DNA of 64,000 bases from positions 34,596,001 through 34,660,000 of the forward strand of contig OZ024740.1 of assembly GCA_964016885.1 (NCBI GenBank), in the 5' to 3' direction. A program made the translations under genes and the position numbers. This document shows, one piece after another, positions 46,478 through 61,600 of this stretch. Position 1 is the stretch's first letter; the number at the start of each line of letters is the position of its first letter. The notes under the pieces are model-generated. The model had not been told where the DNA came from, did no database searches, and saw nothing but the letters and a program-made list of their open reading frames with translations. Source of the stretch: Eledone cirrhosa. Taxonomy: Eukaryota.

Positions 46478-46687
46478 TTAGAAACTATTCAATTCTTTCT
46501 CATTTAATCAATAATGTTTTTGTCTCTAGCTCTATAAAGGCTTTCAACAGAATTTTCATTGACGTTTTTCTTTCGGAAAACGGGTTTCTCATATATCAGT
46601 TTTTACGAGAAAATTGAGAATAATTCAAAAACATTACGTTGGTAAAGGCACCCATTATTATATTCAACTGTGTTTGATACCTTCGAC

Positions 46688-49600
46688 GGAAGTAAAGTCT
46701 ATTAGATGGTTTCTTGTACCAACCACTGATACAGGAACTAAAACTTTTGGATGGTATCTTGTACCAACCACTGACACAGGAAGTAAATCTTTTGGATGGT
46801 TTCTTGTACCTACCACTGTCACAGGAAGTAAATCTATTGCATGGTTATTGTACCTACCACTGATACAGGTAGTAACAAATTTGGATGGTTTCCTGTACCA
46901 ACCACTGACACAAGAAGTAAATCTATTGGATGGTTTCTTGTACCAACCACTGACACAGGAAGTAAAAACTATTGGATAGTTTCTTGTAAATATGATTGTT
47001 ACAGGAAGTAAAATCTATTGAATGGTTTCTTGTAACTTACAATGTCACTGGAAGTAAAAACTATTGAATGGTTTCTTGTAACTTGCAATGTCACTGAAAG
47101 TAAAATCTATTGGATGGTTTCTTGTAACTTGCAATGACACTGAAAGTAAAATCTATTGGATGGTTTCTTGTAACTACCACTGACACAGGAACTAAAAACA
47201 TTTGGATGGTTGCTTGTACCAACAAATGACACAGGAAGTAAATCTTTTGGATGGTTTCTTGTACCAACCACTGACACAGGGAGTACATTTTTGGATGGTT
47301 TCTTGTACCTACCACTGACGCAGGAAGTAAAAAATTATGGATGGTTGCTTGTAGCAAGCACTGACACAGGAAGTAAATCTTTTGGATGGTTAATTGTACC
47401 AACCACTGTCACAGGAAGTAAACACTTTTGGATGGTTTCTTGTACCAACCACTGACAGAGGAAGTAAATCTATTGGATGGTTTCTTGTACCTACCACTGT
47501 CACAGGAAGTAAATCTATTGGATGGTTTCTTGTACATTGCAATGACACAGGAAGTAAAACTAATGGATGGTTTCTTGTACCTACCACTGACAGAGGAAAT
47601 AAATCTATTTGATGGTTTCTTGTAACTTGCAATGACACAGGAAGTAAAACTATTGGATGGTTTCTTGTACATACCACTGACACAGGAAGTAAATCTATTG
47701 GATGATTTCTTGTACGAACCACTGTCACAGGAAGTAAACACTTTTGGATGGTTGCTTGTACCAACCACAGACACAGGAAGTAAATCTATTGGATAATTTC
47801 TTATACCTACCACTGACACAGGAAGGAAATCTATTGGATGGTTTCTTGTAACTTGCAATGACACAGGAAGTAAAACTATTGGTTGGTTTCTGTACCTACC
47901 ACTGCCGAAGGAAGTAAATCTATTGGATGGTTTCTTGTACCTACCAATGATACAGAAGGTAAATCTATTGGATGGTTTCTTGTAACTCGCAATGACACAG
48001 GAGGTAAAACTTTTGTATGGTTTCTTGTACCAATCACTGACACAGGAAGTAAAGTTATTGGATGGCTTCTTGTATCAACCACTGACACAGGAAGTAAATC
48101 TATTGGATGGTTTCTTGTACCAGCCACTGACACAGGAAATAAAAACTATTGGATGGTTTCTTGTAAATATTATTGTTACAGGAAGTAAAATCTATTGGAT
48201 GGTTTCTTGTAACTACCACTGACACAGGAAGTAAAAACTATTGGATGGTTTCTTGTAAATACCACTGACACAGGAAGTAAAAACATTTGGATGGTTTTTT
48301 TTGTATCTACCACTGACACAGGAAGTAAATCTATTGGATGGTTTCTGTACCTACCACTGACACAGGAAGTAAAACCTATTGGATGGTTTCTTGTACATAT
48401 CATTGTCACAGGAAATAAATCTCTTTGATGGTTTCTTGTACCAACCACTGACACAGAAAATAAATCTATTGAAGGTTTTTTGTAACTACCACTGACACAG
48501 GAATTTAATCTATTGGATGGTTCCTTATACGTACCACTGACACAGGAAGTAAAATCTATTGGATGGTGTCATGTACCAACCACTGACACAGGAAGTAAAA
48601 TCTATTGGATGGTTTCTTGTACGTACCACAAGCACAGGAAGTAAAATCTATTGGATGGTTTCTTGTACCTTCTAGTGTAACAGGAATTAAATCTATTGGA
48701 TGGTTTCTTGTACCTACCACTGATACAGGAACAAAGAACTATTGTATGGTTTCTTGTCACCTGCAATGTCACACGAAGTAAAAACTATTGGATGCTTTCT
48801 TGTAACCTGCAATGTCACAGGAAGTAAAAAGTATTGGATGGTTTCTTGTAACTTGCAATGACACAGGAAGTAAAAACTATTGGATGTTTTCTTGTAACCT
48901 GCAGTGTCACAGGAAGAAAAAACTATTGGATGGTTCCTTGTAACTACCACTGACACAGGAAGTAAAATCTATTGGATGGTTTCTTGTACCAACCACTGAT
49001 AAAGGAAGTAAATCTATTGGATGGTTTCTTGTACTTACCACTGACACAGGAAGTAAATCGATTGATGGTTTATTGTACCGACCACTTTCACAGGAATTAA
49101 ATCTATTGGATGGTTTCTTGTACCTACCACTGTCAGAGGAAGTAAATCTATCGGAATGTTTCTTGTATCTACCACTGTCACATGAAGTAAATCTATTGGA
49201 TGGTTTCTTGTACCTACCACTGTCACAGGAAGTAAATGTATTGGCTGGTTTCTTGTACCTTCTACTGTCACAGGAAGTAAATCTATTGGATGGTATCTGT
49301 AACTACAACTGATACAGGAAGAAATCTATTGGATGGTTTCTTGTACCAACCACTGACACAGGAAGTAAATCTATTGGATGGTTTCTTGTACCAACCACTG
49401 ACACAGGAAGTAAATCTATTGGATGGTTTCTGTACCTACCTCACCTCTGTCACAGGAAGTAAATCTATTAGATGGTTTCTTGTATCTACCATTGAGATAG
49501 GAATTAAATCTATTGGATGGTTTCTTGTAACTTGTAATGACACGGGAATTAAAATCTATTGAATGTTTTCTTGTAACTTGCAATGACACAGGAAGTAAAG

Positions 49601-52600
49601 TCTATTGGATGGTTTCTTGTACCTACCATCGACACAGGAAGTAAATCTATTGGATGTTTTATTGTACCTACCACTGATACAGGAAGTAAATCTATTGGAT
49701 GGTTTCTTGTAACTTGCAATGACTCAGGAAGTAGAAACTATTGGATGGGTTTCTTGTACCAACCACTGACACAGGAAGCAAATATATTGGATGGTTTCTT
49801 GTACCTACCACTGACACAGGAAGTAAATCTATTGGATGGTTTCTTGTACCAACCACTTACACAGGAAGTAAAAACTATTCGATGGTTTCTTGTAACTATG
49901 ATTGGTAGAGGAAGTAAAATCTATTGGATAGTTTCTTGTAACGACCACTGACACTGGTAGTAAAACTTATGGGATGGTTTCTTGTAACTTTTAATGACAC
50001 AGGAAGTAAAAGTATTGGATAGTATCTTGTAACTACCACTGACAGAGGAACTAAAAATTATTGGATTGTTTCAATAACACAGGAAGTAATTACTATTGGA
50101 TGGTTTCTTGTAACTTGCAATGACACAGGAAGTAAATACTATTAGATGGTTTCTTGTAACTACCACTGTCACAGGAATTAAAATATATTGGATGGTTTCT
50201 TGTAACTTGCAATGACACAGGAAGTAAAATCTATCGGATGGTTTCTTGTACCTACCACTGACACAGGAAGTAAATCCATTGGATGGTTACTTGTAACTAC
50301 CACTGACACTGGAAGTAAATCTATTGGATGTTTCTTGTAACTACCACTGACACTGGAAGTAAATCTATTGGATGTTTCTTGTAACTACCACTGACACTGG
50401 AAGTAAATCTATTGGATGGTTTCTTGTAACTATCACTGAAACAGGAAGTAAATCTATTGGATGGTTTTTTGTAACACCACTGACACAGGAAGTAAATCTA
50501 TTGGATGGTTTCTTGTAACTATCACTGAAACAGGAAGTAAATCTATTGGATGGTTTTTTGTAACACCACTGACACAGGAAGTAAATCTATTGGATGGTTT
50601 CTTGTAACTATCACTGAAACAGGAAGTAAATCTATTGGATGGTTTCTTGTAACTATCACTGAAACAGGAAGTAAATCTATTGGATGGTTTTTTGTAACAC
50701 CACTGTCACAGGAAGTAAAATCTATTGGATGGTTTCTTTTACCAACCACTGACACAGGAAGTAAAAACAATTGGATGGTTTCTTGTAACTACCACTGACA
50801 CAGGAAGTAAAAACTATGGGATGGTTTCTTGTGCCTTGTAATGACACAGGAAGTAAATCAATTGGATGGTTTCTTGTATCTACCACTGACACAGGTAGTA
50901 AATATATTGGATGGTTTCTTGTAACAACCACTGACACAGGAAGTAAAATATATTGGATGGTTTCTTGTAACTACCACTGACACAGGAAGTAAAAATTATT
51001 GGATTGTTTCTTGTAATCTTCAATGAAACAGGAAGTAAAAAGTATTGGATGGTTTCTTGTAACTTGCAATGACACAGGAAGTAAAAACTATTGGATGGTT
51101 CCTTTTAACTACCACTGACACAGGAAGTAAATCTATTGGATGGTTTCTTGTAACTTGCAATGACACAGGAAGTAAAAACTATTGGATGGTTTCTTGTACC
51201 TACCACTGACACAGGAAATAAATCTATTGGATGGTTTCTTGTACCTACCATAGAGGCAGGAAGTAAAATCTATTGGATGGTTTCTTGTACCTACCACTGA
51301 CACAGGAAGTAAATATATTGGATCGTTTCATGTACCAATCACTGACACAGGAAGTAAAAACTATTGGATGGTTTCTTGTAACTACCACTGACACAGGAAG
51401 TAAAAACTATTGGATGGTTTCTTGTAACTTGTAATGACACAGGAAGTAAAAGTATTGGATCGTTTCTTGTACTAACCACTGACACAGGAAGTAAAAACTA
51501 TTGGATGGTTACTTGTACCTATCACTGACACAGGAATTAAAATATATTGGATGGTTTCTTGTAACTTGCAATGACACAGGAAGTAAATCTATTGGATGTT
51601 TTCATGTACCTACCACAAACACAGGAAGTAAATCTATTGGATAGTTTCTTGTACCTACCACTGACACAGGAAGTAAATCTATTGGATGGTTTCTTGTTCC
51701 TACCACTGACACAGGAAGTAAATCTGTTGGATGGTTCCTCGTAACTTGCAATGACACAGGAAGTAAAAACTATTGGATGGTTTCTTGTACCTACCACTGA
51801 CACAGGAAATAAATCTATTGGATGGTTTCTTGTACCTACCATAGAGGCAGGAAGTAAAATCTATTTGATGGTTTCTTGTACCTACCACTGTCACAGGAAG
51901 TAAATCCATTGGATGGTTTCTTGTAACTACCACTGGCACAGGAAGTAAATCTATTGAATGGTTTCTTGTAACTACCACTGACACTGGAAGTAAATCTATT
52001 GGATGGTTTCTTGTAACTACCACTGACACTCGATGTAAATCTATTGGATGTTTTCTTGCAACTACCACTGACACAGGAAGTAAATCTATTGGATGGTTTC
52101 TTGTAGCACCATTGTCACAGGAAGTAAAATCTATTGGATCGTTTCTTTTACCAACCACTGACACAGGACGTAAAATCTATTGGATGGTTTCTTGTAACTA
52201 CCACTGACACAGGAAGTAAAAACTATTGGATGGTTTCTTGTAACTTGTAATGTCACAGGAAGTAAGAATATTGGATCTTTACTTGTACCAACCACTGACA
52301 CAGGAAGTAAAAAACTATTGGATGGTTACTTGTATCTACCACTGACACAGTAATTAAAATATATTGGATGTTTTCTTGTAACTACCACTGACACAGGAAG
52401 TAAATCTATTGGATGGTTTCTTATACCTACCACTGACACAGGAAGTAAATCTATTGGATTGTTTCTTGTACCTACCACTGACACAGGAAGTAAATATATT
52501 GGATGGTTTCTTGTACCTACCACTGACACAGGTAGTAAATATATTGGATGGTTTCTTGTACCTACCACTGACACAGGAAGTAAAATATATTGGATGGTTT

Positions 52601-55600
52601 CTTGTAACTTGCAATGACACAGGAAGTAAATACTATTAGATGGTTCCTTGTAACTACCACTGACACAGGAATTAAAATATATTGGATGGTTCCTTGTAAC
52701 TTGCAATGACACAGGAAGTAAATACTATTGGATGGTTTCTTGTAACTACCACTGAAAACAGGATGTAAAAATTATTAGATGGTTCCTTGTAACTACCACT
52801 GACACAGGAATTAAAATATATTGGATGGTTTCTTGTAACTTGCAATGACACAGGAAGTAAAAATTATTGGATTGTTTCTTGTAATTTTCAATGAAACAGG
52901 AAGTAAAAAGTATTGGATGGTTTCTTGTAACTTGCAATGACACAGGAAGTAAAAACTATTGGATGGTTCCTTCTAACTACCACTGACACAGGAAGTAAAT
53001 CTATTGGATGGTTTCTTGTAACTTGCAATGACACAGGAAGTAAAAACTATTGGATGGTTTCTTGTACCTACCACTGACACAGGAAATAAATCTATTGGAT
53101 GGTTTCATGTACCTACCATAGAGGCAGGAAGTAAAATCTATTGGATGGTTTCTTGTACCTACCACTGACACAGGAAGTAAATATATTGGATCGTTTCTTG
53201 TACCAATCACTGACACAGGAAGTAAAAACTATTGGATGGTTTCTCGTAACTACCACTGACACAGGAAGTAAAAACTATTGGATGGTTTCTTGTAACTTGT
53301 AATGACACAGGAAGTAAAAGTATTGCATCGTTTCTTGTACCGACCACTGACACAGGAAGTAAAAACTATTGGATGGTTACTTGTGCCTACCACTGACACA
53401 GGAATTAAAATATGTTGGATGGTTTCTTGTAACTTGCAATGACACAGGAAGTAAATCTATTGGATGTTTTCTTGTACCTACCACTAACACAGGAAGTAAA
53501 TCTATTGGATTGTTTCTTGTACCTACCACTGACACAGGAAGTAAATCTATTGGATGATTTCTTGTTCCTACCACTGACACAGGAAGTAAATCTATTGGAT
53601 GGTTCCTCGTAACTTGCAATGACACAGGAAGTAAAAACTATTGGATGGTTTCTTGTACCTACCACTGACACAGGAAATAAATCTATTGGATGGTTTCTTG
53701 TACCTACCATAGAGGCAGGAAGTAAAATCTATTTGATGGTTTCTTGTACCTACCACTGACACAGGAAGTAAATCCATTGGATGGTTTCTTGTAACTACCA
53801 CTGGCACAGGAAGTAAATCTATTGAATGGTTTCTTGTAACTACCACTGACACTGGAAGTAAATCTATTGGATAGTTTCTTGTAACTACCACTGAAACAGG
53901 AAGTAAATCTATTGGATGGTTTCTTGTACCACCATTGTCACAGGAAGTAAAATCTATTGGATGGTTTCTTGTACCTTCCACTGTCACAGGAAGTAAAATC
54001 TATTGGATGGTTTCTTGTACATACCACTGACACAGGAAATAAATCTATTGGATGGTTTCTTGTACCTACCATAGAGGCAGGAAGTAAAATCTATTTGATG
54101 GTTTCTTGTACCTACCACGGACACAGGAAGTAAATCCATTGGATGGTTTCTTGTAACTACCACTGGCACAGGAAGTAAATCTATTGAATGGTTTCTTGTA
54201 ACTACCACTGACACTGGAAGTAAATCTATTGGATAGTTTCTTGTAACAACCACTGACACAGGAAGTAAAAACTATTGGATGGTTTCTTGTAACTTGTAAT
54301 GACACAGGAAGGAAGAGTATTGGATCTTTACTTGTACCAACCACTGACACAGGAAGTAAATAACTTTGGATGGTTACTTGTACCTACCACTGACACAGTA
54401 ATTAAAATATATTGGATGGTTTCTTGTAACTTGCAATGACACAGGAAGTAAATCTATTGGATGGTTTCTTGTATCTACCACTGACACAGGAAGTAAATCT
54501 ATTGGATGGTTTCTTGTACCTACCACTGACACAGGAAGTAAAAACTATTGGATGGTTTCTTGTAACTACCACTGACACAGGAAGTAAAAACTATTGGATG
54601 GTTTCTTGTAACTACCACTGACACAGGAAGTAAAAACTATTGGATGGTTTCTTGTAACTTGTAATGACACAGGAAGTAAATCTATTGGATGGTTTCTTGT
54701 ACCTACCACTGACACAGGAAGTAAATCTATTGGATGGTTTCTTGTATTTACCACTGACACAGGAAGTAAATATATTGGATGGTTTCTTGTACCTACCACT
54801 GACACAGGAAGTAAAATATATTGGATGGTTTCTTGTAACTTGCAATGACACAGGAAGTAAATACTATTGGATGGTTTCTTGTAACTACCACTGACACAGG
54901 AAGTAAATCTATTGGATGGTTTCTTGTACCTACCACTGACACAGGAAGTAAATCTATTGGATGGTTTCTTGTACCTACCACTGACACAGGAAGTAAATAC
55001 TATTGGATGGTTTCTTGTAACTACCACTGACACAGGAAGTAAATCTATTGGATGGTTTCTTGTACCTACCACTGACACAGGAAGTAAATCTATTGGATGG
55101 TTTCTTGTATTTACCACTGACACAGGAAGTAAATATATTGGATGGTTTCTTGTACCTACCACTGACACAGGAAGTAAAATATATTGGATGGTTTCTTGTA
55201 ACTTGCAATGACACAGGAAGTAAAAACTATTAGATGGTTCCTTGTAACTACCACTGACAGAGGAACTAAAAATTATTGGATTGCTTCAATAACACAGGAA
55301 ATAATTATTATTGGATGGTTTCTTGTACCACCACTGTCACAGGAATTAAAATCTATTGGATCGTTTCTTGTACCAATCACTGACACAGGAAGTAAAAACT
55401 ATTGGATGGTTTCTTGTAACTTGTAATGACACAGGAAGCAAAATTATTGGATCGCTTCTTGTACCAACCACTGACACAGGAAGTAAAAACTATTGGATGG
55501 TTACTTGTACCTACCACTGACACAGGAATTAAAATATATTGGATGGTTTCTTGTAACTTGCAATGACACAGGAAGTAAATCTATTGGATGGTTACTTGTA

Positions 55601-58600
55601 CCTACCACTGACACAGGAAGTAAAAACTATTAGATGGTTCCTTGTAACTACCACTGACACAGGAAGTAAATCTGTTGGATGGTTCCTCGTAACTTGCAAT
55701 GACACAGGAAGTAAAAACTATTGGATGGTTTCTTGTACCTACCACTGACACAGGAAATAAATCTATTAGATGGTTTCTTGTACCTACCATAGAGGCAGGA
55801 AGTAAAATCTATTTGATGGTTTCTTGTACCTACCACTGTCACAGGAAGTAAATCCATTGGATGGTTTCTTGTAACTACCACTGGCACAGGAAGTAAATCT
55901 ATTGAATGGTTTCTTGTAACTACCACTGACACTGGAAGTAAATCTATTGGATGGTTTCTTGTAACTACCACTGACACTCGATGTAAATCTATTGGATGGT
56001 TTCTTGTAACTACCACTGACACAGGAAGTAAATCTATTGGATGGTTTCTTGTAGCACCATTGTCACAGGAAGTAAAATCTATTGGATCGTTTCTTTTACC
56101 AACCACTGACACAGGAAGTAAAATATATTGGATGTTTTCTTGTAACTACCACTGACACAGGAAGTAAATCTATTGGATGGTTTCTTGTAGCACCATTGTC
56201 ACAGGAAGTAAAATCTATTGGATCGTTTCTTTTACCAACCACTGACACAGGAAGTAAAATCTATTGGATGGTTTCTTGTAACTACCACTGGCACAGGAAG
56301 TAAATCTATTGAATGGTTTCTTGTAACTACCACTGACACTGGAAGTAAATCTATTGGATGGTTTCTTGTAACTACCACTGACACTCGATGTAAATCTATT
56401 GGATGGTTTCTTGTAACTACCACTGACACAGGAAGTAAATCTATTGGATGGTTTCTTGTAGCACCATTGTCACAGGAAGTAAAATCTATTGGATCGTTTC
56501 TTTTACCAACCACTGACACAGGAAGTAAAATCTATTGGATGTTTTCTTGTAACTACCACTGACACAGGAAGTAAATCTATTGGATGGTTTCTTGTAGCAC
56601 CATTGTCACAGGAAGTAAAATCTATTGGATCGTTTCTTTTACCAACCACTGACACAGGAAGTAAAATCTATTGGATGGTTTCTTGTAACTACCACTGACA
56701 CAGGAAGTAAATCTATTGGATGGTTTCTTGTAACTACCACTGACACAGGAAGTAAATCTATTGGATGGTTTCTTGTAACTACCACTGACACAGGAAGTAA
56801 ATCTATTGGATGGTTTCTTATACCTACCACTGACACAGGAAGTAAATCTATTGGATGGTTTCTTGTACCTACCACTGGCACAGGAAGTAAATATATTGGA
56901 TGGTTTCTTGTATCTACCACTTACACAGGAAGTAAATCTATTGGATGGTTTCTTGTAACTACCACTAACACAGGAAGTAAATCTATTGGATGGTTTCTTG
57001 TAACTATCACTGAAACAGGAAGTAAATCTATTGTATGGTTTCTTGTAACTACCACTGACACAGGAAGTAAAATCTATTGGATCGTTTCTTTTACCAACCA
57101 CTGACACAGGAATTAAAAACTATTGAATGGTTTCTTGTAACTACCACTGACACAGGAAGTAAAAACTATGGGATGGTTTGTTGTACCTTGTAATGACACA
57201 GGAAGTAAATCAATTGGATGGTTTCTTGTACCTACCACTGACACAAGAAGTAAATCTATTGAATGGTTTCTTGTACCTACCACTGACACAGGAAGTAAAT
57301 ATATTGGATGGTTTCTTGTACCTACCACTGACACAGGAATTAAAATATATTGGATGGTTTCTTGTAACTTGCAATGACACAGGAAGTAAATACTATTGGA
57401 TGGTTTCTTGTAACTACCATTGACACAGGAAGTAAAAACTATTAGATGGTTCCTTGTAACTACCACTGACACAGGAATTAAAATATATTGGATGGTTTCT
57501 TGTAACTTGCAATGACACAGGAAGTAAAAATTATTGGATTGTTTCTTGTAATTTTCAATGAAACAGGAAGTAAAAAGTATTGGATGGTTTCTTGTAACTT
57601 GCAATGACACAGGAAGTAAAAATTATTGGATTGTTTCTTGTAATTTTCAATGAAATAGGAAGTAAAAAGTATTGGATGGTTTCTTGTAACTTGCAATGAC
57701 ACAGGAAGTAAAAACTATTGGATGGTTCCTTCTAACTACCACTGACACAGGAAGTAAATCTATTGGATGGTTTCTTGTAACTTGCAATGACACAGGAAGT
57801 AAAAACTATTGGATGGTTTCTTGTACCTACCACTGACACAGGAAATAAATCTATTGGATGGTTTCTTGTACCTACCATAGAGGCAGGAAGTAAAATCTAT
57901 TGGATGGTTTCTTGTAACTACCACTGACACAGGATGTAAATATATTGCATCGTTTCTTGTACCAATCACTGACACAGGAAGTAAAAACTATTGGATGGTT
58001 TCTTGTAACTACCACTGACACAGGAAGTAAAAACTATTGGATGGTTTCTTGTAACTTGTAATGACACAGGAAGTAAAAGTATTGCATCGTTTCTTGTACC
58101 GACCACTGACACAGGAAGTAAAAACTATTGGATGGTTACTTGTACCTACCACTGACACAGGAATTAAAATATGTTGGATGGTTTCTTGTAACTTGCAATG
58201 ACACAGGATGTAAATCTATTGGATGTTTTCTTGTACCTACCACTAACACAGGAACTAAATCTATTGGATTGTTTCTTGTACCTACCACTGACACAGGAAG
58301 TAAATCTATTGGATGATTTCTTGTTCCTACCACTGACACAGGAAGTAAATCTATTGGATGGTTCCTCGTAACTTGCAATGACACAGGAAGTAAAAACTAT
58401 TGGATGGTTTCTTGTACCTACCACTGACAGGAAATAAATCTATTGCATGGTTTCTTGTACCTACCATAGAGGCAGGAAGTAAAATCTATTTGATGGTTTC
58501 TTGTACCTACCACTGACACAGGAAGTAAATCCATTGGATTGTTTCTTGTAACTACCACTGGCACAGGAAGTAAATCTATTGAATGGTTTCTTGTAACTAC

Positions 58601-61600
58601 CACTGACACTGGAAGTAAATCTATTGGGTGGTTTCTTGTAACTACCACTGAAACAGGAAGTAAATCTATTGGATGGTTTCTTGTACCACCATTGTCACAG
58701 GAAGTAAAATCTATTGGATCGTTTCTTTTACCAACCACTGACACAGGAAGTAAAATCTATTGGATGGTTTCTTGTAACAACCACTGACACAGGTAGTAAA
58801 AACTATTGGATGGTTTCTTGTAACTTGTAATGACACAGGAAGGAAGAGTATTGGATCTTTACTTGTACCAACCACTGACACAGGAAGTAAAAAACTATTG
58901 GATGGTTACTTGTAACTACCACTGACACAGTAATTAAAATATATTGGATGGTTGCTTGTAACTTGCAATGACACAGGAAGCAAATCTATTGGATGGTTTC
59001 TTGTACCTACCACTGACACAGGAAGTAAAAACTATTGGATGGTTTCTTGTAACTACCACTGACACAGGAAGTAAAAACTATTGGATGGTTTCTTGTAACT
59101 ACCACTGACACAGGAAGTAAAAACTATTGGATGGTTTCTTGTACCAACCACTGACACAGGAAGTAAAAACTATTGGATGGTTTCTTGTACCTACCACTGA
59201 CACAGGAAGTAAATATATTGGATGGTTTCTTGTACCTACCACTGACACAGGAAGTAAATATATTGGATGGTTTCTTGTACCTACCACTGACACAGGAAGT
59301 AAAATATATTGGATGGTTTCTTGTAACTTGCAATGACACAGGAAGTAAAAACTATTAGATGGTTCCTTGTAACTACCACTGACAGAGGAACTAAAAATTA
59401 TTGGATTGCTTCAATAACACAGGAAATAATTATTATTGGATGGTTTCTTGTACCACCACTGTCACAGGAATTAAAATCTATTGGATCGTTTCTTGTACCA
59501 ATCACTGACACAGGAGGTAAAAACTATTGGATGGTTTCTTGTAACTTGTAATGACACAGGAAGCAAAATTATTGGATCGTTTCTTGTACCAACCACTGAC
59601 ACAGGAAGTAAAAACTATTGGATGGTTTCTTGTACCTACCACTGACACAGGAATTAAAATATATTGGATGGTTTCTTGTAACTTGCAATGACACAGGAAG
59701 TAAATCTATTGGATGGTTACTTGTACCTACCACTGACACAGGAAGTAAAAACTATTAGATGGTTCCTTGTAACTACCACTGACACAGGAAGTAAATCTTT
59801 TGGATGGTTTCTTGTACCAAGCACTGATACAGGAATTAAATGTAATGGATGGTTTCTTGTACCAACCACTGACACAGGAAGTAAATCTATTGGATGGTTT
59901 CTTGTACCTTCCACTGTCACAGGAAGTAAATCTATTGGATGGTTTCTTGTAACTATCACTGAAACAGGAAGTAAATCTATTGTATGGTTTCTTGTAACTA
60001 CCACTGACACAGGAAGTAAAATCTATTGGATCGTTTCTTTTACCAACCACTGACACAGGAATTAAAAACTATTGAATGGTTTCTTGTAACTACCACTGAC
60101 ACAGGAAGTAAAAACTATGGGATGGTTTGTTGTACCTTGTAATGACACAGGAAGTAAATCAATTGGATGGTTTCTTGTACCTACCACTGACACAAGAAGT
60201 AAATCTATTGAATGGTTTCTTGTACCTACCACTGACACAGGAAGTAAATATATTGGATGGTTTCTTGTACCTACCACTGACACAGGAATTAAAATATATT
60301 GGATGGTTTCTTGTAACTTGCAATGACACAGGAAGTAAATACTATTGGATGGTTTCTTGTAACTACCATTGACACAGGAAGTAAAAACTATTAGATGGTT
60401 CCTTGTAACTACCACTGACACAGGAATTAAAATATATTGGATGGTTTCTTGTAACTTGCAATGACACAGGAAGTAAAAATTATTGGATTGTTTCTTGTAA
60501 TTTTCAATGAAACAGGAAGTAAAAAGTATTGGATGGTTTCTTGTAACTTGCAATGACACAGGAAGTAAAAATTATTGGATTGTTTCTTGTAATTTTCAAT
60601 GAAATAGGAAGTAAAAAGTATTGGATGGTTTCTTGTAACTTGCAATGACACAGGAAGTAAAAACTATTGGATGGTTCCTTCTAACTACCACTGACACAGG
60701 AAGTAAATCTATTGGATGGTTTCTTGTAACTTGCAATGACACAGGAAGTAAAAACTATTGGATGGTTTCTTGTACCTACCACTGACACAGGAAATAAATC
60801 TATTGGATGGTTTCTTGTACCTACCATAGAGGCAGGAAGTAAAATCTATTGGATGGTTTCTTGTAACTACCACTGACACAGGATGTAAATATATTGCATC
60901 GTTTCTTGTACCAATCACTGACACAGGAAGTAAAAACTATTGGATGGTTTCTTGTAACTACCACTGACACAGGAAGTAAAAACTATTGGATGGTTTCTTG
61001 TAACTTGTAATGACACAGGAAGTAAAAGTATTGCATCGTTTCTTGTACCGACCACTGACACAGGAAGTAAAAACTATTGGATGGTTACTTGTACCTACCA
61101 CTGACACAGGAATTAAAATATGTTGGATGGTTTCTTGTAACTTGCAATGACACAGGATGTAAATCTATTGGATGTTTTCTTGTACCTACCACTAACACAG
61201 GAACTAAATCTATTGGATTGTTTCTTGTACCTACCACTGACACAGGAAGTAAATCTATTGGATGGTTCCTCGTAACTTGCAATGACACAGGAAGTAAAAA
61301 CTATTGGATGGTTTCTTGTACCTACCACTGACAGGAAATAAATCTATTGCATGGTTTCTTGTACCTACCATAGAGGCAGGAAGTAAAATCTATTTGATGG
61401 TTTCTTGTACCTACCACTGACACAGGAAGTAAATCCATTGGATTGTTTCTTGTAACTACCACTGGCACAGGAAGTAAATCTATTGAATGGTTTCTTGTAA
61501 CTACCACTGACACTGGAAGTAAATCTATTGGGTGGTTTCTTGTAACTACCACTGAAACAGGAAGTAAATCTATTGGATGGTTTCTTGTACCACCATTGTC

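Noticed and set aside
46310-46507. Exon as a pseudogene fragment or as the terminal (NBD2) exon
   Set aside because: It has no disabling changes, a strong donor exactly at the end of homology, and boundaries matching the NBD1 exon. The alternative is not fully excluded without flanking exons.
46563-46612. Two small hairpins (cgtttttc-tttc-ggaaaacg; tttctc...gagaaa)
   Set aside because: The stems are short and AT-rich, compatible with chance. Bacterial-type terminators are irrelevant here and no ncRNA family was recognised.
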